A stretch of DNA of 64,000 bases from Candidatus Kerfeldbacteria bacterium (GCA_963731735.1 CAVSWO010000002.1:128529-192528); one strand, 5' to 3'. Shown: positions 19,316 through 31,975, counted from the first letter of the stretch. A program made the numbers and translations. Notes: generated by a model from the letters alone, not told the origin.

Positions 19316-21865
19316 ATGGACGATCTGAAACCAGAAATTCGGAATAAATTTACGGCCCACCTCCGGTCGGCGCTGCAGTACGCGGCTGAGCTTTCGGTTG
19401 AGCTAAAAAACAGTTATGTCAATCCGGAACATCTCTTATTCGGCTTAGCCGAAACGAAAGGCGGGGTGGCCTACGAAATTTTACGCAAATGTGGGGTCAA
19501 ACTCGATACCTTGCGAGATTTGATCAGCGTTCGCAATGAACCAGTCCTCAAACCCGGCCAAACCTTGAGCCGCGATGATTTAAAATTCTCGCTGCCGGCC
19601 AAGCGCGCTCTGGAAAAATCGGTCCTGGTAGCCGCCAATTATGAACATAAGTACGTCGGGACTGAACATCTCTTTTGGGGTTTGCTGGAAATAAACGACG
19701 CGACCCTGGAACAGGTTATGAAGGAGAATCAAATTAATGTGCCGGAAGCCCGGCGACAGCTGCAAGCAGTCCTGAAAAACACCACTCGGTTTCCCGACAT
19801 TTCCGGATTTTTTGATCAACCGAAGGGCATGCCGGATGATGCGGTGGTGGCTCCCAGCCTGCCGGGACGCGGACGCAATGACAAGGCGCCCGCCTTGGAA
19901 TTCTTTACCACCGATCTGACCAACCCGAAAACCCAGCTCTCAATTGATCCGGTCATCGGCCGGGCCGATGAAATTGAACGGTTGGTGCATATTTTAAGCC
20001 GCCGGACCAAGAATAATCCGGTTTTGATTGGCGATCCCGGAGTCGGGAAAACGGCAATTGTCGAAGGCCTGGCCAAGCGGATCGTGGATGGTCAAGTACC
20101 GGAAACATTGCAGCATAAACGCATATTATCGCTCGATTTAGGCTTAGTAGTGGCCGGTACGATTTATCGGGGTGAGTTTGAATCGCGGATCAAACAAATA
20201 CTCGAAGAGATCAAAGAGGATCCGAACATCATGCTGTTTATTGATGAACTGCATACCATCATCGGCGCCGGCTCGGCCTCCGGTTCAATGGATGCCGCGA
20301 ATATGTTGAAGCCGGCCCTGGCCAAGGGACAAATTCGAGCGATCGGCGCCACCACCATGGAAGAGTACAAGAAACATATTGAAACCGATCCGGCCCTGGA
20401 ACGCCGTTTCCAAGCGATCGTGGTCCAAGAACCGTCAGCGGCCGAAACCGTGGAAATCCTCAAAGGCTTGCGTCACAATTATGAACACTATCACGGCGTC
20501 CGTATCACCGATCAGGCGATCGAGGCGGCTGTGCGCTTTTCGACACGGTATATCCAGGACCGTTTTCTGCCCGACAAGGCGATCGACTTAATTGACGAGG
20601 CGGCTTCGAAAGTCAAAGTTAAACACGGCGGTTCAGCCCTCAGCAAGCAACTCCGGAAAATTGAAGCCGAGCTGCATCAGGTTCATCTAGCCAAACATGA
20701 GGCCATTCAAGCCGAGCAATTTGATACCGCCCTGGAACTGAAGCAACGCCAGGCCGGGCTGGAAAATAAACTTCAGAAAATGAAAGATCGCGAAGCCACC
20801 GCCCCGGTTCAATATGTCGGAACTATTGGTGATCAAGAAATCGCGGAAGTGATTTCCCGGATGACCGGCGTGCCATTACAGGATTTGGTCAAACAGGAAC
20901 GCGACCGGCTACTCAACCTTGAAGGCTTACTCAAAAAACGTATCGTCGGACAGGATGAGGCGATTCAAGCCATCGCAAATTTCGTGCGGCGTTCACGAGT
21001 CGGGCTTGGCAATCCCAATCGCCCGATTGGATCATTCTTGTTCTTGGGCCCATCCGGCGTCGGAAAAACCGAAACCGCCAAAGAAATCGCCCGCACGGTT
21101 TTTGAGGATGAGCAGGCCTTGATTCGAATCGACATGTCGGAGTTTCAGGAAAGTTTTAACGTCAGTAAACTGATTGGCGCGCCGGCCGGGTACGTTGGAT
21201 ACAAAGAGGGCGCCAAGCTGACTGACGCCGTTAAACGCAAACCGTATTCGGTGGTGTTGTTTGATGAACTTGAGAAGGCCCATCCGGATGTTTTCAATCT
21301 CTTGCTCCAAGTCCTGGATGAGGGCCACTTGACCGATGGCGTTGGGAAAACCGTCAATTTCAAGAACACCATCATCATTATGACCTCAAACATCGGTCTG
21401 CATAGTTTCAATCAAGTCCAGTCGATCGGCTTTGAAACAAATGATGCGGCCGCCAAGCAGAAGTTGGAAGATCGCTATCAGGCCCTGCGGAGCAAGGTTA
21501 TGTCGGATGTGGAACGTAGTTTTCGGCCAGAATTTCTAAACCGGATAGATAAAATTGTGGTTTATCGTCCGCTTGATCAGGCGGCGGTTGAAAAAATCGT
21601 GGATCTGCACATTGCTGATCTCCAACAGCGGCTCGAATCCCACCAGCTGAAAATTCAGCTGACCGCCAAAGCCCGCACCCATATTGCCGAGCGCGGATTC
21701 AGTCCGGATTTCGGGGCCCGCGCGGTTAGTCGCTTAATTCAAGAGGAAATTGAAAACCCGTTGGCTGGGATGCTCCTGCACGGGCAAATTAAAGCCGGCC
21801 AAAAAGTCCGGGTAACGGTGAAAAAACAAGGCATCGTCCTGGAAAAAGTCCAACCCAAAGGATAA
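19316..21865 (+). CDS. clpC: ATP-dependent Clp protease ATP-binding subunit ClpC
   Basis: Two Clp-N repeats, [11 protein letters not shown] middle domain, [11 protein letters not shown] loop, [10 protein letters not shown]. Confidence 0.92.
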   Translation: MDDLKPEIRNKFTAHLRSALQYAAELSVELKNSYVNPEHLLFGLAETKGGVAYEILRKCGVKLDTLRDLISVRNEPVLKPGQTLSRDDLKFSLPAKRALEKSVLVAANYEHKYVGTEHLFWGLLEINDATLEQVMKENQINVPEARRQLQAVLKNTTRFPDISGFFDQPKGMPDDAVVAPSLPGRGRNDKAPALEFFTTDLTNPKTQLSIDPVIGRADEIERLVHILSRRTKNNPVLIGDPGVGKTAIVEGLAKRIVDGQVPETLQHKRILSLDLGLVVAGTIYRGEFESRIKQILEEIKEDPNIMLFIDELHTIIGAGSASGSMDAANMLKPALAKGQIRAIGATTMEEYKKHIETDPALERRFQAIVVQEPSAAETVEILKGLRHNYEHYHGVRITDQAIEAAVRFSTRYIQDRFLPDKAIDLIDEAASKVKVKHGGSALSKQLRKIEAELHQVHLAKHEAIQAEQFDTALELKQRQAGLENKLQKMKDREATAPVQYVGTIGDQEIAEVISRMTGVPLQDLVKQERDRLLNLEGLLKKRIVGQDEAIQAIANFVRRSRVGLGNPNRPIGSFLFLGPSGVGKTETAKEIARTVFEDEQALIRIDMSEFQESFNVSKLIGAPAGYVGYKEGAKLTDAVKRKPYSVVLFDELEKAHPDVFNLLLQVLDEGHLTDGVGKTVNFKNTIIIMTSNIGLHSFNQVQSIGFETNDAAAKQKLEDRYQALRSKVMSDVERSFRPEFLNRIDKIVVYRPLDQAAVEKIVDLHIADLQQRLESHQLKIQLTAKARTHIAERGFSPDFGARAVSRLIQEEIENPLAGMLLHGQIKAGQKVRVTVKKQGIVLEKVQPKG

Positions 21866-21893
21866 GTTTCGGCTTGGCAAAATTTACCGTCTG

Positions 21894-22544
21894 GTGGCAA
21901 CGGATGCGTCTGTTATGTTTCCACCAATCGGATCAATTCTCAACTGGCTATTCCCAGCGGTGTGTGCTGCCTGCGGACGCGAGGGCGCTTGGTTGTGTCC
22001 GAACGAGATGCAGGAATTGCTGGACACTCCCCCGCCAACACACGAACCAATCCCTGGTTTGGACCAGGTTGTGGTTGCTTATGCCTATGATCAAGCTCAC
22101 CTGGCGGCCTTTATTCAAAAGCTCAAATATAACTTCTGGACCGCGTCAGCTTCAACCATCGACGGGTTATTCCGCGGGCGGGCCGAAATCATCCAGGACG
22201 TACGGGCCGATTGCCTGGTTCCGGTGCCGCTCCACCCGGCCCGGATGCGATATCGCGGGTTTAATCAAAGCCAGCTAATCGCCCAGTCGCTCAGCCAGCT
22301 GACCAACCTACCGATTCGACCGCTGCTGCGTCGGACACGGAATACGGCCGCACAGGCTCGCCAGGCGCCGGAGCGCCGCCGGACGAACGTCCGCGACGCG
22401 TTCGCGAGCGTCGGCCGGCCGCCAAAGCGGATTATCCTCGTCGATGATGTTATCACGACCGGCGCCACCCTGGCCGCCTGCGCCAGCACACTCCGAGCGG
22501 CCGGCGCGGAGCAGATTATTGGATTGGCTTTAGCTCGGGGTTAA
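21894..22544 (+). CDS. comF: ComF family phosphoribosyltransferase-like competence protein
   Basis: LFPAVCAAC, VPVPLH, RGFNQS, LVDDVITTGATL; start could be ATG 21915. Confidence 0.9.
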   Translation: MATDASVMFPPIGSILNWLFPAVCAACGREGAWLCPNEMQELLDTPPPTHEPIPGLDQVVVAYAYDQAHLAAFIQKLKYNFWTASASTIDGLFRGRAEIIQDVRADCLVPVPLHPARMRYRGFNQSQLIAQSLSQLTNLPIRPLLRRTRNTAAQARQAPERRRTNVRDAFASVGRPPKRIILVDDVITTGATLAACASTLRAAGAEQIIGLALARG

Positions 22545-23038
22545 ATCTTCAGCATTCGCGACCACTGGTCCGAAACCGGTTCTTCTTCGCGCTTCACGTT
22601 TTCCAGCAAATACTCGTTCAACAGCTGACGCAACTTCAACGGATTCTGATCGAGTAAGGAGATTTCCATCGGCGGCCGAATGCGGCTGTTAAATTCAAAA
22701 TAGAGTTTTTTCACGGCCGGTGGTTGGTAGACAATCCAATACTCTTTTAATTCCCGCCAAGCATAAAATCGTTCACCAACTTCAATCCCTTCCTCCCGAA
22801 TCGAGAATTGCACATCCGGCGGATGCTGACGTAAGCGAATGACCAGAATAACCGTGGCCACCACAATCACCGCCGCAAACGTATAGTTGGTGGACAGAAT
22901 TGCAAAAACCAGCAAGCCGGCCACCGCTGCCATAAACCACAAATACCAAGCCCGGCTGCGCTCATGCTGGACGAACTCCGGAAACACCCAGGATTCGAGA
23001 ATTTCACCCTTATGTTGTGTTTGGTCCGGTTCGGGCAT
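22541..23038 (-). CDS. Conserved 2-TM hypothetical protein (leaderless)
   Basis: W..PEF..HER...WY motif; TGnTATCCT lies 6 nt before ATG 23038. Confidence 0.75.
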   Translation of the reverse strand: MPEPDQTQHKGEILESWVFPEFVQHERSRAWYLWFMAAVAGLLVFAILSTNYTFAAVIVVATVILVIRLRQHPPDVQFSIREEGIEVGERFYAWRELKEYWIVYQPPAVKKLYFEFNSRIRPPMEISLLDQNPLKLRQLLNEYLLENVKREEEPVSDQWSRMLKI

Positions 23039-23058
23039 ACCCAAAGGATATCACACTC

Positions 23059-23080
23059 TTGGCGGAGGCGGTAGGATTCG
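23059..23080 (-). repeat. Duplicate of the tRNA-Ser(TGA) 3' end (att-like)
   Basis: ttggcggaggcggtaggattcg is identical to 23163-23184. Confidence 0.9.
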
Positions 23081-23163
23081 CCCGTTGGGCCGGGGCTTGT
23101 GCTCTCCTGCCACCGGCAGAAGTGCTCGCCCTTCGAATCTATTTTCTTCGCCAAACATCCGTT

Positions 23164-23253
23164 TGGCGGAGGCGGTAGGATTCGAACCTACGAGGAGCTT
23201 GCACCCCTAACGGTTTTCAAGACCGTCGCTTTCGACCACTCAGCCACGCCTCC
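23164..23253 (-). tRNA. tRNA-Ser(TGA)
   Basis: GGAGGCG/CGCCTCC acceptor stem, anticodon loop CTTGAAA, long variable arm, GGTTCGAATCC, encoded CCA. Confidence 0.97.
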
Positions 23254-23364
23254 AAATATTTGCATTTTCATCCCGTGCGCCGCGGTTCCTGCGGAACAAC
23301 GCGTCGCCCGTCTCGGCGGCCGCGAGCAAAGCAGTTTGCTCGCTACTGGTGGTGCCGCCTCGAC

Positions 23365-23382
23365 CCACTCAGCCACGCCTCC
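23365..23382 (-). repeat. Duplicate of the tRNA-Ser(TGA) 5' end
   Basis: ccactcagccacgcctcc is identical to 23236-23253. Confidence 0.9.
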
Positions 23383-23577
23383 GTATTTTCGGGTTGGCGG
23401 GACACATAGGTTAGGTACCACCGCCTGAGGGGTATTGTAAGGCTTTTTCAGCTATTTTTCCAGAGGGCAAAATGAGGCATGTGGGTCGGGGTCTGAAATT
23501 CAAAATGAGACAAATGAGACACGGGAATGGGATATTAGCGTGTCTCATTTTCTAAGGCCTTCTTGGCTAATTTTGGC

Positions 23578-24030
23578 TTATTCCCGGATGTGTTTGGCTA
23601 ATTCAGCTAATTCCTCATTATCAGCTCGTTGGAAGTCGTGTGAAGAAATATAACCCTCGTAATGGTCAAAATATTTGTCGACATTTGACTTCAACGACTT
23701 CCAGTTCTCCATCCTTGTACCATGCATGGGGAAGAGTTTAGCGTGCAGATGGTCAACACCAAAACCTTCAAATATCATTCCGGTTCGACCAACGTCTTCC
23801 AGTTTTACATCCAGTAGCTTGGCAACTTTCTTGCTTGCCATAACGAGATCTGTCATGACTGACTCGGGTACATCAAAGACATAGCTAGGATAATGCTTCT
23901 TTGGAATAACTACGGAGAAACCTTTGGTGTTGGGGAAAATAGACAAGAATGCAAGATGCTTTTCATTTTCCCAGATTTTGTGTGCCGGGCTTTCACCCGT
24001 GATGATTGAGCAGAAGATACATTCAGTCAT
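23578..24030 (-). CDS. HIT family hydrolase
   Basis: CIFC..I, FLSIFPNTKG, variant histidine triad VDHLHAKLFP. Confidence 0.9.
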   Translation of the reverse strand: MTECIFCSIITGESPAHKIWENEKHLAFLSIFPNTKGFSVVIPKKHYPSYVFDVPESVMTDLVMASKKVAKLLDVKLEDVGRTGMIFEGFGVDHLHAKLFPMHGTRMENWKSLKSNVDKYFDHYEGYISSHDFQRADNEELAELAKHIRE

Positions 24031-24671
24031 AAAAAGAAATTAGAAGCATGAGTTGATACAAGCTTACTTGGAAGTGCCGATGGATGCGTTTGTAAGTAAT
24101 CACTAATTATGTGAAAGGCAAGAGCATATCCCGACCAACGAGGTATTTTCCGTTGTCGTGATCCGAAAAACCAATCGTGGTGGTTGTATCTTGGCGAGTG
24201 AAGCTCTTTTTTGGCACGGTTATGAAGAGTTTCCAGTTTCTTCCCGCGTACAGCAACGTCCCACATATTCAGCTTTCCCTCAAAGACCTCGGATTCAAAG
24301 TGTGCCGCCAGCCCCTCAGTGACCAGAGCTTCCCCTAAAGTATGGCCGTACCCAGGGTTCGTCCAACGAACAGCGTGATGCAGTTCGTGAGCCAAAGTCC
24401 GTGATAGTTGCGTTTTAATGCCACTTGCGAACTTAGGATGCCTTGGATCTACGGAAATGAACACCGTGTGAGCATTTGGGGTGAAGCCTCCGATACCAAG
24501 TTCGGGTATGGCACCCTCGGGGTTAGAATAAATAACCAAATCTACCTCAACCGGGTGTGGGAGTAATGGGGAAACTCGCGCCAGAGTTTGTTGTATGGAT
24601 AACTTGAGAGCGGTCTTTCTTTGTGTGATTTGGTTTTCTCCCGCTGTCAAAATGTGTGTGGTAACTTTCAT
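24027..24671 (-). CDS. DUF2268-like predicted Zn-dependent protease
   Basis: LAHELHH (HExxH), EGLA..F, PRWSGY; TGnTATGCT lies 6 nt before the ATG. Confidence 0.85.
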   Translation of the reverse strand: MKVTTHILTAGENQITQRKTALKLSIQQTLARVSPLLPHPVEVDLVIYSNPEGAIPELGIGGFTPNAHTVFISVDPRHPKFASGIKTQLSRTLAHELHHAVRWTNPGYGHTLGEALVTEGLAAHFESEVFEGKLNMWDVAVRGKKLETLHNRAKKELHSPRYNHHDWFFGSRQRKIPRWSGYALAFHIISDYLQTHPSALPSKLVSTHASNFFL

Positions 24672-24722
24672 AACTGAAGCATACCACTAAAGTAGGAGTT
24701 GTGCGAAAAAAGACCACTTCAG

Positions 24723-25301
24723 TTACGAAGTGGCTGTACCGTTGGTCGACCAGTGGTCAACCGCCTGATGGATGTGATCGCGAACGTGTTCTGCTCGCCA
24801 AAGGTGGGTCGAGGCGATGTTGGAGACGAGGAAGTCTGCTAGCGGGTAGTAGAATTCCTGTGTCTCGGCCGTCTGCCTGGCCTGCTTGTCTGCCGGACAA
24901 TCACCGAGCGTCCGCAGGTTGTGGAGACGATCAACAAGCTTGGCCATGATGACTGGGTTGCGGCCAGACTCGCGGATGTTCTGGACGTATCGGTCGGTGC
25001 TGACGCTATCACGGTGGGTCAGCAGGTAGGTGTCCTCGACGATGTCATGGAGTAGGAGTGCCAGGTGAAGCTCGAAATCATGGAGCTGGAGCTCGTTGAT
25101 GGCGATCCACGAGCAGGCACGGACGTGGTCGAAGTACCGCCGGCCGCTATCACGGGTCTGCAGTCGGTGACCCTCCTTGGAGAAGGCGTAGGCCGCGCGG
25201 AGCAGACGCATCTGGCGAGCGCTGAAGAACGGTTCGAACCGTTCCATGTACTCTTTCTTCCCGATTTCGGGATACGCAGGCACAACCGTGACGGCCGACA
25301 T
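24723..25301 (-). CDS. Stand-alone RelA/SpoT-type HD domain protein (small alarmone hydrolase-like)
   Basis: H..Q.R.SG..Y..H, LLHDIVEDT, KLVDRLHNLRTL; GGAGG SD upstream. Confidence 0.85.
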   Translation of the reverse strand: MSAVTVVPAYPEIGKKEYMERFEPFFSARQMRLLRAAYAFSKEGHRLQTRDSGRRYFDHVRACSWIAINELQLHDFELHLALLLHDIVEDTYLLTHRDSVSTDRYVQNIRESGRNPVIMAKLVDRLHNLRTLGDCPADKQARQTAETQEFYYPLADFLVSNIASTHLWRAEHVRDHIHQAVDHWSTNGTATS

Positions 25302-25461
25302 GGGACCTCCGGATTGGAAGGGGCTAGCTAGATTGGTTGTCCGGAGGGTAGCACGTTTGGTCTACAAGTCAAGTGCCTTGCTGGCTATACACCTCCAACA
25401 AACAACAGGTTATAAACCTGTGTACACCGAGTATATATATAATTTCATTGATCAGAAAACC

Positions 25462-26955
25462 TCAAATGTTCCGAAGTATTTTCTTACTACCCACTGCGCC
25501 CTTAAAAATTATTGATTGGTCAATCTCAATGTACGATGTACACATATAGCTAATGACGCTAGGATCGTGAGACATAATGATACAAGATAGTCCTTGTTGG
25601 GTATGTATTTGTTTGAGAGTGTTAAGCACCATTTTCTGAGTCTGTACGTCAAGTGCAGATGTTGGTTCATCAAGTATTAATACGTCTGGACTAGCCAATA
25701 AGGCTCGCACTATAGCGATTCGTTGTTGCTGTCCACCACTTAGGCGACTAACCTGTGTATATAAAATTGTCTGCGGCAAATCAACCCTTAGAAGAAAGCT
25801 CTGCAATTCTGCGATAGAACGATTTTTTCTACCTTGAATTGTTCGATCCTCATTTAAGATGGCCAATACAGAGTGGTAGGGGTTCAGAGATTCACTCACC
25901 CCTTGATCAACCAATTCAACGCGTAGATTTGGACTAGTGATAATTTGGCCGCCACTTATCGATAAGTAACCAGCAATGATCTTTGCTAAAGTCGATTTGC
26001 CACCTCCGCTCGGACCCATGACCCCAAAACATTCGCCGTTTTTTATAGAGAAACTAATATCTCTAAGAGCAACAAAATCCTCGTCGAAAGACTTCGTTAA
26101 ACCACGAATATCTAAAACCTTTTTATTGTCGTCCTTTACATCCAAACTCTGTGAATGCAATTCTGACCCAGCTATGATACTCTTCGAAATGACTTTTTTC
26201 AGGTTTATCCCCTTCGAACTTCTTGTAGCATTTTCGATTATCCTACCCTTGTGAAGTACCATGACATTTGTTGCGGCATTTTGGACAAGGTGTATGTCGT
26301 GCGTTACAAAAATGATTGAGAGGTTTCGTTCACGCTTAATCTGGCTCAATATTTGTATAATAACATCGCGACGCTCCTTATCTAGAGCAGAGGTTGGCTC
26401 GTCCAGAAGTAATATCTCTGGATTATTTATGAGCCCGAGTGCGATGTTAATTCGCTGGTTCATGCCACCGCTCAGTTCTGCAGGATATTTCCCCAAAACT
26501 TGCTCTGGGTCGGTAATTTGCACTTCACGAAGTCGATCTACTATTGCCTTCCGAAGACCCCAAGCACTATGTCGACTTCCTTGCTGTTCTTGTAGGGCAA
26601 GTTGAAATTGTTTTTGAATAGAAAGAGTGGGGTTGAGTGACGCGAAAGGATCTTGAAAGACTATCGAAATCTGCTTACCCAGAAACGATTGAATCGAGGA
26701 TTGTTTCGTTCGCTGGTGGGCAAGGTCATAGCTTCTGTAGGACACGGATAGATTGGGGGGTAAAAGTCCACATAGGGCGCGTAGCAAGGTTGATTTCCCG
26801 CCACCAGACATACCAATGATACACAAAAAATCGCCCTGTTGAAGATCTAAACTGATATTCGTTAAAATACTTTTTTTCTTTCCCGCAGTAGAGTGCCAGA
26901 CATTCAAGCCGCGCACACTCAGCACCAATTGTGATGTTGAACTATTCTGAGGCAT
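25462..26955 (-). CDS. Peptide ABC transporter ATP-binding protein, fused OppD/OppF-like
   Basis: Two Walker A motifs (GMSGGGKST, GPSGGGKST), LSGGMNQR / LSGGQQQR, two DEPTSALD; start at MPQNS. Confidence 0.9.
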   Translation of the reverse strand: MPQNSSTSQLVLSVRGLNVWHSTAGKKKSILTNISLDLQQGDFLCIIGMSGGGKSTLLRALCGLLPPNLSVSYRSYDLAHQRTKQSSIQSFLGKQISIVFQDPFASLNPTLSIQKQFQLALQEQQGSRHSAWGLRKAIVDRLREVQITDPEQVLGKYPAELSGGMNQRINIALGLINNPEILLLDEPTSALDKERRDVIIQILSQIKRERNLSIIFVTHDIHLVQNAATNVMVLHKGRIIENATRSSKGINLKKVISKSIIAGSELHSQSLDVKDDNKKVLDIRGLTKSFDEDFVALRDISFSIKNGECFGVMGPSGGGKSTLAKIIAGYLSISGGQIITSPNLRVELVDQGVSESLNPYHSVLAILNEDRTIQGRKNRSIAELQSFLLRVDLPQTILYTQVSRLSGGQQQRIAIVRALLASPDVLILDEPTSALDVQTQKMVLNTLKQIHTQQGLSCIIMSHDPSVISYMCTSYIEIDQSIIFKGAVGSKKILRNI

Positions 26956-27745
26956 GATGTTGATCGCTGAGTAGGAAACCGTAAATCCCAAACGTTAGTG
27001 TTATTAACACTAGAAATAGTGTGGGGAACAACAGCACATTTGGATGATTCCGAAAAACAAGAATTCCATCGCTGATCATCTTTCCTAAATTAGCCTCCGG
27101 CGGTTGGAAACCGATGCCGATAAATCCAAGGAAGGCAGAAAGGAGAACAACAACCGGAACGCGTTGTATGCCAATCATCACCAACGTCTCTTTCATGGAC
27201 GGTAGGAGATGAAACGCTAATATGTGGCGCCATCCAGCTCCCTTGTTTCGTGCGTAGGCTATAAATCCGCGTTGCATTGCCTTACTCGTTTCGTTAGTAA
27301 CGACCCTAGCTACTCCGGTCCAAGAGATAATGATAATGGTAATAACCATGCCAAGATCACTGCCTATTTGCGGTATGTTACTAAAAAGTAAGAGCAGCGC
27401 AATGGCTAGAAGAAAGTCCGGTATACTGTCTGTAATATTCAATATGGCGGTCATGGCACGACGAACTGTGCCGCCGCGGAAACCAGAGTATGCCCCGAAA
27501 AGTGTTCCAATGCCTAGGCTGCATAATGTGGCGATAGAAACAACCAATATGGCTGATGTGGTTGCCGCCAAAGTACGTGCAAATAAATCTCGTCCAAGAT
27601 AGTCCGTACCAAAAAGATATGTTTTGGAGGGCGGAAGATATTTACCAGCTATGATTTCATTTGGGCTATATTTATTTAGTCCGACGCATACTAAAATAAT
27701 AACCACAGGAACTACAATTACTACCCAAGACTCGCAGCGTTTCAT
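26942..27745 (-). CDS. oppC: Oligopeptide ABC permease OppC-like
   Basis: FGTDYLGRDLFAR, EAA-like loop, FIGIGFQPP..NLG.MI. Confidence 0.88.
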   Translation of the reverse strand: MKRCESWVVIVVPVVIILVCVGLNKYSPNEIIAGKYLPPSKTYLFGTDYLGRDLFARTLAATTSAILVVSIATLCSLGIGTLFGAYSGFRGGTVRRAMTAILNITDSIPDFLLAIALLLLFSNIPQIGSDLGMVITIIIISWTGVARVVTNETSKAMQRGFIAYARNKGAGWRHILAFHLLPSMKETLVMIGIQRVPVVVLLSAFLGFIGIGFQPPEANLGKMISDGILVFRNHPNVLLFPTLFLVLITLTFGIYGFLLSDQHHASE

Positions 27746-28701
27746 GGCAGGTCTCCTGTCTTTTGCGAGTGGCTCCGTTTATCGTTGATTTTTACAATGG
27801 CGTTGGCAATAGAATTCAATGCTATCAAGATTATTGAATAAAAAATTGTTACCCCGGCAATTACGGGATAATCTCGATTTGTGACACTGTCAATAAAGTA
27901 CCGGCCTAAGCCAGGAATATTAAAGATTGATTCAATAATAAAACTGCCCGCAAGTATGTTTGCCACGATTGGTGCGGCGTATGTTAAGCTTGCCGTTAAG
28001 CTATTTTTAAACACGTAATAAATCATTACTGCATCAGTAGAAACTCCCCGCGCGCGAGCGGCCAGCACGTAAAGACTTTGACGAGTTTTTCTCATGTCTC
28101 TCGTTAAAAGTTGTGTCAGAATAATCGTCGGCACAATGCTCAGGATAATGATTGGCAGGATATAACCTGCTCTATCGTCGATACCATAAACAGGTAAGAG
28201 CGAGGCTTTCACGCCTATAAAATATTGAAAGAGTACCGCTATGACAAAAACTGGGACACTGAGGATAATGACTCCTAAAACATTAAATATCAAACTAACA
28301 CGATGATGGAGACTGAGATACGCGCTCAATACCAAGCTCATCACCATAGTGAGTAACATCGCGATAAAGCCAATAACCAAGGAAATTGAGGCATGACTAA
28401 AGATAATACTACGAACGGACTGACCCTCATTTACATACGAATATCCAAAATTAAAAGTTGGCAGCCCCTTCAGTGCGGTGAAGTATCTCGTTAGCGGAGA
28501 TGCATCGAGCTGATGCTTCGCAATAATGTTGTGGATGACCTGCTCACTCTTGATGTTCTCAATATCATAGAATTTTCCAGGCACGACCTCAAAAATTATG
28601 AAGGTGGCCGTAAAAACGAGCAGTAGGGATACCGCAAAAGACAAAACACCGCCGAGAGCAATTCTGGCGGTGTTTCTGTATCTACTTCTTGAAGTAGGCA
28701 T
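27742..28701 (-). CDS. oppB: Oligopeptide ABC permease OppB-like
   Basis: NFGYSY, YVLAARARGV, IESIFNIPGLG, NRDYPVI. Confidence 0.88.
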   Translation of the reverse strand: MPTSRSRYRNTARIALGGVLSFAVSLLLVFTATFIIFEVVPGKFYDIENIKSEQVIHNIIAKHQLDASPLTRYFTALKGLPTFNFGYSYVNEGQSVRSIIFSHASISLVIGFIAMLLTMVMSLVLSAYLSLHHRVSLIFNVLGVIILSVPVFVIAVLFQYFIGVKASLLPVYGIDDRAGYILPIIILSIVPTIILTQLLTRDMRKTRQSLYVLAARARGVSTDAVMIYYVFKNSLTASLTYAAPIVANILAGSFIIESIFNIPGLGRYFIDSVTNRDYPVIAGVTIFYSIILIALNSIANAIVKINDKRSHSQKTGDLP

Positions 28702-30294
28702 TCTGTAGTATCAATGTACCCGTGTTGTCTTGATAGTAGCCCGTCAGACTCGGGTCAGCAATGTATGTATTAGCCAATGAGTAGAGAGGAAACACGGCAT
28801 GATCATTCATTAATAAATCTTCTGCCTGATGTGCAAGTTGGTATTTCTTGGCACCTTCCGGTTCTTTCAAAATACTTTGATACAGGTCATCGTATTGGGT
28901 ATTCTTGTACCCTGGATAGTTGTTCGTGTCGGTTGATACAAACCCATAGAGGTAGCTCGAAATGTCCGGATATTCTGCAGCCCACGAAGCGGCAACCAAA
29001 TCATACTTCCTATCTTTACGATAACTGTTGAAACTTTGCTTTCGTACGCTTGGATGTCAATGTTTATACCGACTTTCTCGAGCTGGTTCTTTATCAACTC
29101 TGCCAGTGCGACGTCCCCCGATGTATTCGTCAAGTACACTAATGTGAGAGGGTGCTTCGTAGAATAACCAGCATCAGACAAGAGTTGTATCGCTCGTTGT
29201 TGGTCAGCGGTTGCAGTCAAGTACTGTCCCTGGTAGCCATCATTACGGAAGTCAGCCCCCTTTGCTGTATTCATGAAACCCGACGGAATAAAACTCAGGA
29301 GGGCTTGACTACCACTGATGGTTTTAGCAACTGCACTTCGGTCAATGGCCAACGTGATTGCCTGTCGAACTCGATCGTCTTTTAGCGGCGCATGATCGAA
29401 GTTCGGAGATAAGAACTTCGTATAGACAAAGTTTGCATAGTGTACGCTACTTACTTGCGACATTTGATCAACGGTAAGTACGTTACTGACATATGCTAAA
29501 TCCTTACTCTGAAAAGCACTCATAATCGAGTTAGGATCAGACAGCAATTTGAAATGTATTTGGGCTAGATGGACAGTGTTGCGGTTCCAGTACTGATCAT
29601 TTCGCGTCAGAACGATTTGTGTATCGTGACCCCAACTTTCAAGTTTATAAGCACCGTTGCTACATACGTCTCCGCTTTCGTTGACCAGGCCTGGCCATTT
29701 GCCTCGATCGTTTTTTTCTGGACTGGGAAATAGGCTTGTAAAGCGGTCATTGATCCGAAAAAGGAATTTGGTGCTGCAATAGTTACTTCCAGCGTTGTAT
29801 CATTTACTACTTTAATCCCCACATCGTTGGTACTGCCCTTACCGCTATTGTATTCTTTAGCACCCTTAATGTAATACAGATATGATGCCCATCCTGAGGC
29901 GGTTGATGGATTAGGAACCGTAACCAAGCATATTTAAAGTCGTTGGCAGTAACTGCGCTACCATCCGACCATCGGGCATTATTTCGAATAGTAAATGTAT
30001 AAACAGACTGCTGGCTATTGGTGGTGAAGCTCGAGGCTGCGGCTGGTTTTAGACTGCCATCAGAACCAATACTCATGAGCCACACAAACATATTGGAAAG
30101 ATATGCTCGAGCATCTATTGTGAGACTGATTGCGGGATCCAAGGAACTCGGCTCCGATCCTAATACTAAGTTGGCTGTGCGCGTGTTATCAATTCTGGGC
30201 TGCGCCAACGCATAAATCAGCAGCGCAACCAAACCCAAGGACGCGACAGATAGTCATAATGTCCACCTGCCTATCTTAAAAGAGCTTTTATCAT
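28682..30294 (-). pseudogene. oppA: Oligopeptide-binding protein OppA, split by several frameshifts (pseudogene or sequencing indels)
   Basis: Consecutive fragments carry EPSSLDPA, YTFTIR..ARWSDG..VTA.DF.YAW, DDRVRQAI.LAIDR and W.AEYPD. The 5' end is approximate. Confidence 0.8.
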
Positions 30295-30338
30295 AAGATT
30301 CGCCGTAGAAAGTGTATGAAAAAATCTTTTCTTGTGGG

Positions 30339-31817
<1,479 letters not shown>

Positions 31818-31975
31818 CTAGTTTTTTCCTATATTACAAGGGCACCCCCTGAGGGTGCGATACAATGGTTTATCACCCTAACTGGCTAATTTAAAGGATA
31901 TTCAGCCAACGGTGAGCCTAGGGTACAAATCATATCGTTAGAAAATAAAAACTTATTATAAGAAATAAATACAAA

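Noticed and set aside
17044-22544. lemA-htpX-clpC-comF as a special system
   Set aside because: These are ordinary conserved housekeeping genes, and no CIRCE or CtsR box was seen.
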